The notes below the pieces were generated by a model. It saw nothing but the letters and a program-made list of their open reading frames with translations. It was not told where the DNA came from and ran no database searches. A stretch of 64,000 bases of DNA from Candidatus Cloacimonadales bacterium (lineage in GTDB: Bacteria; Cloacimonadota; Cloacimonadia; Cloacimonadales; JAIOQZ01), in the NCBI GenBank assembly GCA_963665815.1, contig OY762463.1:3648001-3712000 (forward strand), read 5' to 3'. Positions 1 through 10,547 of the stretch are shown here, in pieces. Each line of letters opens with the position of its first letter. Within the stretch, counting starts at the first letter, position 1. Both the position numbers and the translations under genes were made by a program.

Positions 1-3000
1 CAACTTCTTCAAATGTAAATTCATAATCTGGAGCTGCAGCTGTACCACTTTCGTATATTGCTGTAATTGTAGCAGTAAGTTGTTCTCCAATGTTAAATCC
101 TGTCACTGTGAAGAATGTATCAGACGTTGTTTGATTAATAATATCAATTTCAACTCTGAAATACATGAATGCACGTTCGTCTTCTTCATTATCAGAATCT
201 CTTTCAACATAAGATGATCCTTCAACAAGTGCTGTTTCACCATCTGCTCTGGTTCCATAAATCCTGTCACCATGTTGCCACACAAGAAGCCTTTCATTGT
301 TCAGCCAATGTATGTTAGTAGGAGCAATCAACACTTCAAGCAGATCAACATTTAAACCTGTATTGTCACCTGCAACAATCTGGATTCCATCTTGTGTATA
401 TGGATCGTGATCTGCTTTAGTAACAACAAGGTTATAAGTTCCGGGATACATTCCACCAATGTCAATATTACCATCAGCATCAGATGTTGCAGTGTATTCT
501 GTATTGTCAGAAGTATCTGTCATTACAGCTACAGCACCGGCGTTGTTTCCTGTATTTGATGTGAAGTCAATATGAAGTCTACCAAATTCAAGAATATTGA
601 AGTCAACATCAACAGTTTGTCCATCAACCGCATTGATGTTATCAGTTGTAACTGATTCAAAACCATCTTTTGATGCAGTAAGGCTGAATGTTGCTGTTGG
701 AAGATTAAGGAATAAATAATGACCAGTATCATTTGTATAAACTACAGAGCTGTCACTAAGTGTCATTTCAACATTTGCAACAGGGTTGTCGAATGTATCT
801 CTTACGTACCCACCGATCATCGCACCTTGTCCAAGCTGGATGTCTACAATAGTAGTATGATCTTGAGTTACAACTACGCCTGAAACAGTTTGTGTTGAAT
901 AATTTGTCAGTGTTGCAATTACAGTATAAGTAGCAGGAGGCATTGCAAGATATTCATAATGTCCTGTGCCGTCTGTATAAACAACTGATGCAAGTTCCTG
1001 GACAAGTACTTGAACATTTTCAAGTGGATTACCCTGTGTATCAGTTATTGTACCGGCAATACCTGTTTGTGAAGGTTGAACATCAACCCGTAATAGTTCT
1101 GTTTCATCATTTGGTGTTGATTCGTCACCTGCGAGAACGACTTTACCATAAATATCGGTTACGCCATCTACAGTAGGAGTCCAGTCAATATCAAAATCAA
1201 TATTCTGACCTTGAGTAATTGCCTGTCCAGTAACTGTTGCAAGTTCATTACCATTTTCCATTAACTTAACATCATATGTAGATTGATCATTGAAACCAAT
1301 ATTTCTTACTGTAACTGTATATGTACTTGTAATACCAACTCGAGGAGTTGCATTACCTACAATAGCTAATGCTGCGAGGTCATCATCAGGTGGAATAAGG
1401 TTAAGCATACTGACATCATCAATAGCTATATCGCTGTAATAGTTGTTTCCGGTTGCTCCACTGAATCTGATGTGAATGGTCTGACCAGAGAATGCTGTCA
1501 AGTCAACTTGTTGTTCAATCCATTGATCCCCTTGATCTCCGCTGATTGTGAATACATCATTAGTCCAGTTATTGGTTCCATGGTTGTAAACATCGATACT
1601 GAGAGTTCCCATTGTTTGTCCATACATGTGATACCAGAATGCAAGAACAGGATAACCATTATTTGTAAGGTCAAATGGTCTTGTTTCTATGTTCGCTGTC
1701 ATATTGTTGTATCCGGAAGCCTCAGTGTAAATATAGTAACCTGAACCTGTAGTATGATCCATAGATGGACCGGTATCAGTTGAACTTGTTGAACCTGTAT
1801 GTACAGTCCAGTCCATATCATCAGTTGTGTCTTGTGACCACCATGTAGGTATTGTTCCACCGTCAAAGTCTACAGTATAAGGATAAGACGTTATTGTAGG
1901 ATCACCACGGACTGTAAAGCTCCATACAGGGCAGTTTGCTGCTGTTCCATTGTTATTATATGGAGTAACTTGCCAGTAGTAAGTTGTATTATATGTAAGT
2001 CCTGCATAATTGTAGAATAAACTGTCTGCTCTGTCTACATCATCAAGAATATTAGTTGGAGGGTTGTCTGTTCCAAAGCTGAGTCTGAAACCTGTTGCAC
2101 CAATTGTGCCGCCCCAGTTCAATGACCCCATCTCTAAAACTTCCACTGCTTGATGGATAGGTGAGACTGGACTCACACATCCCGGAGGTGTTGTGTTATC
2201 ATAAACACTCACATCATCAATGGAGATATCACTGTAAAAATCTGTTCCGGTTACACCAATGAATTCAACAACGAAAGATTCAGTATTGTATGGTAGAAGG
2301 TCTACGGAAACATTAAACCACTGATCTCCCTGATCTCCAGATATTGGTTGAATGACATCTGAATGCAATGTGCCGGAACCTGGTTGCAGGATGTTTACCT
2401 GAAGAGTTCCCATTGTTTGTCCGTACATATGATACCAGAATACCAATTGTGGAGATGTCATTCCGCTAACATCAATAACTGGTGATGTCATTTTGAATGT
2501 CTGGTTGCTATTCCCCGATGCTTCAGTATACATGAAGTATCCTGAACCATTAGTATGGTCTCCGGATTGAGGACCTGTGTTTGATGAGGATGTTGAAGTT
2601 CCAAATGACCATGGGTCAAGATTGTTTGGGTCGTCGCTCCAGCAGGATGGAATTGCACCTGCGTTTTCAAAATCTTCAGTCCATGGGAAAGTATTGATAG
2701 TACCACATTGTGTTTCAAAAGACCACACAGCTCCAGGAGTTGTTAATCTTGTATTAGTATTATGACAAACAACCTGCCATTCGTAATCTGAAAGAATATT
2801 AAGACCTGTAAAAGCATATGATCCTGTTGTGTCTGCCTGAGCACCTGTAACAACTTCTGTCATATTTCCTGCCGGTCCAAACCATAAGTCATATGTGTCT
2901 GTGTCTGCACCAAAAACCCATGAAAGTGTTCCATCTACAAGAACTCCTGATGCATTATGGGATGGTGATGGATTTCTTGGAAATTCAGGATAGCCCGGTT

Positions 3001-3694
3001 CGATTGTGTAATATCTGATTGCGAGCTGAGCTGAAAGATTTGATGCATCATTGAAACAATACTCAAGACCAATTGTACCATCGCTGTTTTCCATACCAAT
3101 TGTACATCCAGCCAGATCAATACCTCCGTTGAAGGAATCATACTGCATGATTACTTCACCGTTTTCTTTAAGAATAAGTTGTGCTTCAAGATAACCGGAG
3201 CCTTCACCTGAGTATTCGTGATAGTTCAGGAAAGAGATCAATAAAGCATTAGTACCGTTAATTGTAGTGTTCTCGTAGTATATTCTGGCATTATGAGCTG
3301 GAGTAGTGGTACTAACAGGATCCAGATCATCCCAGAACCAGGCAATAAGATTATTCGGTATACCAGTCGTTGGGATAGTGACATTGGACAGAGTACTTGA
3401 GCCTGATCCAAAAGAAATGAATCCGTTTGAACTCATGTAGAAATCTGTGTAAGTATTGTTATAAAATGGAAAGTTAAACCCAATAGAATAAGGTCCACCA
3501 AATGAATCATCAGTTAAGGATGTAATCTGATTAGCATTAACTGTATCCGGTGCAATCCAATTGTAAGTCGGTCCGCTTGGGTCATTGCTGTTTCGCCATG
3601 AATACCCAAAAGCGTCCGGTCCCCCTGCAGTCTGCGCATGCAAAGCTAAGAAAGCAAAGAGGAGAAGGCTAAATAAAACTAGTCTCTTTCTCAT
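1..3694 (-). CDS. Large secreted adhesin-like protein (signal peptide, N-terminal nidogen-like domain, 2 MAM-like, FN3-like, CARDB-like, carboxypeptidase-regulatory-like repeats); 3' end off-window
   Basis: Not in the ORF track. ATG at 3694 follows AAGGAG. It translates MRKRLVLFSLLLFAFLALHAQTAGGPDAFGYSW... and the same frame reads IYESGTAAAPDYEFTFEEV at the window edge. Collinear paralog of 42307-47040. Confidence 0.9.
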   Translation of the reverse strand, partial: MRKRLVLFSLLLFAFLALHAQTAGGPDAFGYSWRNSNDPSGPTYNWIAPDTVNANQITSLTDDSFGGPYSIGFNFPFYNNTYTDFYMSSNGFISFGSGSSTLSNVTIPTTGIPNNLIAWFWDDLDPVSTTTPAHNARIYYENTTINGTNALLISFLNYHEYSGEGSGYLEAQLILKENGEVIMQYDSFNGGIDLAGCTIGMENSDGTIGLEYCFNDASNLSAQLAIRYYTIEPGYPEFPRNPSPSHNASGVLVDGTLSWVFGADTDTYDLWFGPAGNMTEVVTGAQADTTGSYAFTGLNILSDYEWQVVCHNTNTRLTTPGAVWSFETQCGTINTFPWTEDFENAGAIPSCWSDDPNNLDPWSFGTSTSSSNTGPQSGDHTNGSGYFMYTEASGNSNQTFKMTSPVIDVSGMTSPQLVFWYHMYGQTMGTLQVNILQPGSGTLHSDVIQPISGDQGDQWFNVSVDLLPYNTESFVVEFIGVTGTDFYSDISIDDVSVYDNTTPPGCVSPVSPIHQAVEVLEMGSLNWGGTIGATGFRLSFGTDNPPTNILDDVDRADSLFYNYAGLTYNTTYYWQVTPYNNNGTAANCPVWSFTVRGDPTITSYPYTVDFDGGTIPTWWSQDTTDDMDWTVHTGSTSSTDTGPSMDHTTGSGYYIYTEASGYNNMTANIETRPFDLTNNGYPVLAFWYHMYGQTMGTLSIDVYNHGTNNWTNDVFTISGDQGDQWIEQQVDLTAFSGQTIHIRFSGATGNNYYSDIAIDDVSMLNLIPPDDDLAALAIVGNATPRVGITSTYTVTVRNIGFNDQSTYDVKLMENGNELATVTGQAITQGQNIDFDIDWTPTVDGVTDIYGKVVLAGDESTPNDETELLRVDVQPSQTGIAGTITDTQGNPLENVQVLVQELASVVYTDGTGHYEYLAMPPATYTVIATLTNYSTQTVSGVVVTQDHTTIVDIQLGQGAMIGGYVRDTFDNPVANVEMTLSDSSVVYTNDTGHYLFLNLPTATFSLTASKDGFESVTTDNINAVDGQTVDVDFNILEFGRLHIDFTSNTGNNAGAVAVMTDTSDNTEYTATSDADGNIDIGGMYPGTYNLVVTKADHDPYTQDGIQIVAGDNTGLNVDLLEVLIAPTNIHWLNNERLLVWQHGDRIYGTRADGETALVEGSSYVERDSDNEEDERAFMYFRVEIDIINQTTSDTFFTVTGFNIGEQLTATITAIYESGTAAAPDYEFTFEEV

Positions 3695-3980
3695 GTAGTT
3701 CTCCTTAAGTATTTGATAGTGTAGATATTTGATCTACGTAACGTATCTGATAATTATCACAGACTTTTAAGATTAGTCAAATTATTTTCTTTATTCTTTA
3801 AAAAAATAATTTACAGCAAATGAAATTAATTTGAAAGTTTCATGTTACTGTACTACTATGCTTACAAACTGGAATCAGGTTTAAAGTATAATAAAACAAT
3901 GGTTTAAACTAAAATATCATGTGGCAGTCTCAGACATTTGATATGAACATTGATTATACGACTCTGAAATTGTTACATTG

Positions 3981-4012
3981 AAAAAAACAGCCTTCCGAAT
4001 TGGAAAGCTGTT
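3981..4012 (-). terminator. Intrinsic terminator of the CapA-like gene
   Basis: Minus strand AACAGCTTTCC-AATTC-GGAAGGCTGTT followed by a T tract. Confidence 0.75.
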
Positions 4013-4067
4013 CTATGAAACTATATTTGATGCCAATGTGTATTAATCCGGCATCGAAATTACTAAA

Positions 4068-7058
4068 CTATTTTAAGAGTACACATTTTCTGACATTCAC
4101 TGTCTTACCGTCAGCTTTAAGTTTATAGAAATATACACCTGATCCCACTTTCTTATTATGAGAATCATCTCCAGTCCATGTTACGGAATGTTTGCCTGCA
4201 ATGTATTTTTGTTTTGTCAGTTCTTTAACCATTTGCCCCTTAATATTATATATCTTTAATTCAACATCGGAATCCTTTTTCAGTGTAAAACTGATATTTG
4301 TTGAAGGATTGAATGGATTTGGATAATTCTGGTGTAATTCATGTCTATATCCGGGAACGTTATTGTCGTCTTTTGCGACATACTCATAATTGTAACTTCC
4401 AGTTATATAGCTTGCACCCATATAAGAAGTGTTATCAGTTGTTCTGAACTGCACATGAGAATAAGCGTTTGGTACATCGAATTCCATAGTATTTGTAACA
4501 GGAATCCATGGAGTCCATTTAATAAGCCCTACATCGTCGAAAGCAGCAAATGAATTGGAATTGCTGTTGAAATCTGTCTTGCATTTTACTTCGTAGTAAC
4601 CTGCATTAGATGGAGGAGTTGCATCTCCGAAGAAGTATTGCCAGTTTCCTGTGTTACCATTATTGCATACTACTTCATCTTCCTGAGTAGGATAGTAAGA
4701 TGTTCTTCCTGTTAACCAGCAGGCTGTAATTTTCGCATAGTTTACATTAGATGTTTTCATCCATCCGTGTATAGTATAATCTGATTGATTATCCCATAAT
4801 TTGTAATTTTTTTCATAGCCTGTACTTACGGTATTATTGTTCGAAAATGAATGATAGAGAGATCTTTGACCTCTGTAAGCTTCAGCGTCTGAATAATCCT
4901 CATAGTTTGAATTAAAATTCCAGAGTGTGCATCCTTCATCTTCCATATTACCAAACCATTGCATTTCTTCACCTAATCTGTAATAGACTGTTCCCGGTGA
5001 GCTGCTTGAGTGTACTTGTCGGAAATACCCATTTTCTATTGGCAATGGTTTTGTGACATAGTATGAACCTGACTGCTGCATCTCATAGAAATCACTGTTA
5101 TATTCAGTTCTGAGAACATAGTGAGTTGTATCCATAACGGGATGAGCTTCAAGGTTTATATCGTCCATCTGAACAATTGTGCCCAGCTCTCTTGATTTTC
5201 CAATAATATATCTCAGTATGTGCCTACCAAGTTCGCCTGTGGCTTCTTCAGGGAAATAGTCATCAATGAAAACAGGTTTAATCCAGAAATCCTTGAATCC
5301 TTCGTCATCAGCTTCTGCATAGAGTATCATTGTAGCCATTGTCTCAGGGTAGTTAAGATCAAAAGCAAAGTTTCCGATTGAATGAGCAATAAGTTTATTA
5401 TTATATACTTCCAGTCCCTGAATAATATGTGGATGATGACATACAACCAGGTCAGCACCATTATCTATGGCAGCATGTCTGTAGTCAAGATCCCACATCT
5501 GAGGAATATCAGAGAGGGGGAGAAATACTTCATCTTCATTATCATCAATATAATCTGCTCCGGGATACTCGTAAGAGAATCTGTCATAACCACTTCCGGG
5601 GGCAGTGGAATATTCACTACCACAATGTATTTCAACAATTTTCAAATCTGCAAAGTTTTCGACTTCCTGAATTTGCTGAGAAACATAATAAGGAGTCATC
5701 ATAGCAAAGCCCGGTTTATCATATCCTGAATTAAGGTAGGGTTGAGCATTGTTGTATTGCCCGGTTCTGTCACATGATCTCAGAAATGCAAAATTGATAC
5801 CTGATTTGTTGATGAAAGCCGGTCTGTAAGCTTCCTGAGAATTCATTCCTGCTCCCGAGTAAAGAATTCCTGCATTGTCAAGAGTTTGCTGTGTTTCAGC
5901 TAAACCTGAATCCATATAATCGTAAGAGTGATTATTAGCAAGACTGACAATATCTACACCTCCGGCTGTAAGGCAGGCAACCGTAGGAGGGTCAGACTTG
6001 AATGCAACTGATTTGGTAGGGTGCATCGTAGTGCTGTAAGTTAAAGGTGTCTCAAGATTCATAACAGTAATGTCTGCAGCGTCTCCAAGAATACTGTTTA
6101 CTCCGGCAAAAACTCCTGCATAACCTTCAGAACTGATTCTTGTGTCCATTCTTCTGGTAAACATAACATCACCTGCAAAGTTCAGTACAACAGGATAGGT
6201 TGTTTCCCCATAATCAACGTCAACATGATGAGTAGCATAACCAGACATTTCAGTCTGGTCAGTTACAATAAGAGTAACTACGTATTCATGATCATCCATA
6301 ACTGTATATGCATGAGTTGGAGATTCGTCAGTGCTGTAGTTTCCATCTCCGAAGCTCCATAAATAAGAGAAAGTATCACTGTCTGGATCGAGGACATTGG
6401 CAGTGAATGTATAACTTACTCTTTCAGAAGTATCTCGGGTGAATCTGGAAACAAGGCTGTCTGAAATCGTCACTTGTGGAACAACAGGTAAGTCGTCAGT
6501 GATATTCACAATACTGTCGAAATAAATGTTGGTTGTATATGAGTTACTTTTTTCATTAACAAAGACAATTTTATCTATATCCGGAACATATTCAAATCTC
6601 GCTATCCAATCATCCCATATCGGGAATCTTACATTGTTCCATGTATTAGAAGGGAATGCTCCCTGATATACAGTGAGGAAATCATCATAAGACAGGGTTG
6701 AAGTTCCCTCAAGTGAATAATAAAGGACGTTTGTAGAATCACCAAATCCAATAGCCTGATAACTGCCGTAACTGGAAGAGTAAAAGGCTGTTGTGAAAAC
6801 AGCTCCTGTGTCCAGAGTAGCAGGAGTAATACTGAGCTGCAGCCAGGTATCTCCATAAAGTCTGATAGATCCGGTAGAACCATTATGGGTTGTCGAAGAG
6901 CTTATTTCCCAGTCTGAAGGATTAGAACCCTGGGTTCCGAAAGTTGAAATATTGTAGATTCCATCATCAAAATCTTCTATAGGAACCGATCTTTCATTAA
7001 TGGCAAAAGCACTACAAATCACGAATAAAAAAATGGCAATGAGAGAGAAATTTTTCAT
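4068..7058 (-). CDS. Secreted CapA/PGA_cap-family metallophosphoesterase with PKD domain and C-terminal sorting (FlgD-Ig/T9SS-like) domain
   Basis: Motifs AGDVM, NLETP, LANNHSYD, HCGSE, HHPH, HSIGNF; PKD motif YLWSFGDG; C-terminal QNYPNPFNP...SGVYFY; signal peptide. Confidence 0.85.
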   Translation of the reverse strand: MKNFSLIAIFLFVICSAFAINERSVPIEDFDDGIYNISTFGTQGSNPSDWEISSSTTHNGSTGSIRLYGDTWLQLSITPATLDTGAVFTTAFYSSSYGSYQAIGFGDSTNVLYYSLEGTSTLSYDDFLTVYQGAFPSNTWNNVRFPIWDDWIARFEYVPDIDKIVFVNEKSNSYTTNIYFDSIVNITDDLPVVPQVTISDSLVSRFTRDTSERVSYTFTANVLDPDSDTFSYLWSFGDGNYSTDESPTHAYTVMDDHEYVVTLIVTDQTEMSGYATHHVDVDYGETTYPVVLNFAGDVMFTRRMDTRISSEGYAGVFAGVNSILGDAADITVMNLETPLTYSTTMHPTKSVAFKSDPPTVACLTAGGVDIVSLANNHSYDYMDSGLAETQQTLDNAGILYSGAGMNSQEAYRPAFINKSGINFAFLRSCDRTGQYNNAQPYLNSGYDKPGFAMMTPYYVSQQIQEVENFADLKIVEIHCGSEYSTAPGSGYDRFSYEYPGADYIDDNEDEVFLPLSDIPQMWDLDYRHAAIDNGADLVVCHHPHIIQGLEVYNNKLIAHSIGNFAFDLNYPETMATMILYAEADDEGFKDFWIKPVFIDDYFPEEATGELGRHILRYIIGKSRELGTIVQMDDINLEAHPVMDTTHYVLRTEYNSDFYEMQQSGSYYVTKPLPIENGYFRQVHSSSSPGTVYYRLGEEMQWFGNMEDEGCTLWNFNSNYEDYSDAEAYRGQRSLYHSFSNNNTVSTGYEKNYKLWDNQSDYTIHGWMKTSNVNYAKITACWLTGRTSYYPTQEDEVVCNNGNTGNWQYFFGDATPPSNAGYYEVKCKTDFNSNSNSFAAFDDVGLIKWTPWIPVTNTMEFDVPNAYSHVQFRTTDNTSYMGASYITGSYNYEYVAKDDNNVPGYRHELHQNYPNPFNPSTNISFTLKKDSDVELKIYNIKGQMVKELTKQKYIAGKHSVTWTGDDSHNKKVGSGVYFYKLKADGKTVNVRKCVLLK

Positions 7059-7275
7059 AGATCCTCCAATCTTCTCTGTGGTTATAATCTCAATGTTCCT
7101 AAATCATAGTATTTTAAAGAAATATGTCAACAGCAAAAAAAATATTTTTCTGTTTGTTGACTTAGGATCAAACTTAGTAGATTTTTGCTTGAGTTATACT
7201 GTACTCACATCAAATAAATTACTTTGATTAAATAAATTTTTTTTATAAAGATTCAGGTCAGAATTTGAGGATAAA

Positions 7276-7950
7276 ATGAATGTAAGCGAACTTGTTTCAA
7301 AATTAGCATCTGTAAGGATGAAATCGGGATCAATAATGGATATTGATCTGCTTAAAGAAGCTGCAGTAATTGTTCCTTTCGTTGAAATTGACAATGAGCT
7401 TCATGTTATTTTGGAGAAGCGATCATCTTCGGTAAAACAACCTGATGAAATTTGCTTTCCCGGTGGAAGAGTGAATCAGTCTCTTAATGAAAGACCGATA
7501 CAGGCAGCAATAAGAGAGATGTTTGAAGAGACGGGATTGAACATTGATGAATCTGTTATTTTCTTAGAATTGAAAAGCTTAATTTCTCCATTTAACATGC
7601 TGATATTCCCATTTGCGTGTTTTCTGAATAACTTTGACCCGGAACATGTTAAGCTGAATCCTGATGAAGTCTCGGATTTATTAATACTCCCTTTTGACTT
7701 TTTTATTAAGAAAAAACCTGAGAAGTATATGATTCAGGTTAAAATGCATTCTGAAGTTAAAGCTGTTAATGGTGATAAAAGAGTATTGTTACCTGTGGAA
7801 GCTCTGGAATTACCATCATTCTATAACAAACCCTATGGAAACATTGAGCAACCGGTTTACGTCTGGAAATATGAAGATGAGAAAATATGGGGCTTGACTG
7901 CCAGAATAATTGTTGAAATTCTAACACTCCTTGATCAGAAAATTAACTGA
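7276..7950 (+). CDS. Nudix hydrolase, CoA pyrophosphatase-like
   Basis: EAAVIVP, ICFPGG...AAIREMFEETG Nudix box, IWGLTA. Confidence 0.85.
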   Translation: MNVSELVSKLASVRMKSGSIMDIDLLKEAAVIVPFVEIDNELHVILEKRSSSVKQPDEICFPGGRVNQSLNERPIQAAIREMFEETGLNIDESVIFLELKSLISPFNMLIFPFACFLNNFDPEHVKLNPDEVSDLLILPFDFFIKKKPEKYMIQVKMHSEVKAVNGDKRVLLPVEALELPSFYNKPYGNIEQPVYVWKYEDEKIWGLTARIIVEILTLLDQKIN

Positions 7951-7961
7951 TCGAATAATAA

Positions 7962-9953
<1,992 letters not shown>

Positions 9954-9955
9954 CT

Positions 9956-10546
9956 TTACTCGGAAAGCATACTATACAGCTTATTAACGCATTCCGGGCA
10001 TATTCCCTGCAAGAACTTTATATTGTATGTTCTTGAGAAATATATTTCAGGTTCTTCCCAGATGTCTGTTCCTGATTCACCTTTTGTGTCTGTTCTGACT
10101 TTTTTACAGAAGGAACATAGATTTATAAATTCACGATTATTATCTTTGCTTAGTATATCTTCATGAACAATTTTATTGATTTTATATTGCTTAACCGAAT
10201 CAATCAAAGTTGTTTCTATTGTTTCCTGTGGAGTAGGCTTTATCAGAAATCTGAAGACATCACATTCATTAACAGCTCTAATGGCAACATTCATGTCGGT
10301 TTGTTCAGTGATAATAATTTTCACTGAAAGTGGAGCAATCTTTGCAGCTTTATTGAGGAAATCTATACCATCATGTCCATTGAGTCTGTAGGAAGATAAT
10401 ATTACAGGAAAATTTTCTTTTTCCAGAAGACTAAGAGCTTCATCTATTGAAGTAGTTGTAATAATATCGAACTTTCTTCTGAAAACTCTTTTGAAAGAAT
10501 TAAGAGTTATTGAACTACTGTCAAGGTATAGGATTTTCTCAAACAT
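9956..10546 (-). CDS. Atypical (pseudo-receiver) response regulator with C-terminal CxxC...CPEC domain
   Basis: Receiver-like sequence (ILYLD, FRFLIKP) but ILSSYRL where ISDxRMP is expected; ends LCSFCKK...GICPEC. Confidence 0.8.
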   Translation of the reverse strand: MFEKILYLDSSSITLNSFKRVFRRKFDIITTTSIDEALSLLEKENFPVILSSYRLNGHDGIDFLNKAAKIAPLSVKIIITEQTDMNVAIRAVNECDVFRFLIKPTPQETIETTLIDSVKQYKINKIVHEDILSKDNNREFINLCSFCKKVRTDTKGESGTDIWEEPEIYFSRTYNIKFLQGICPECVNKLYSMLSE

Positions 10547-10547
10547 A

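Noticed and set aside
103..3141. Several short ORFs listed in the track
   Set aside because: They are shadows of the long minus-strand gene at 1-3694.
4068..7058. Poly-gamma-glutamate capsule operon
   Set aside because: Only a CapA-like domain is present; there is no capB, capC or capD in the window.
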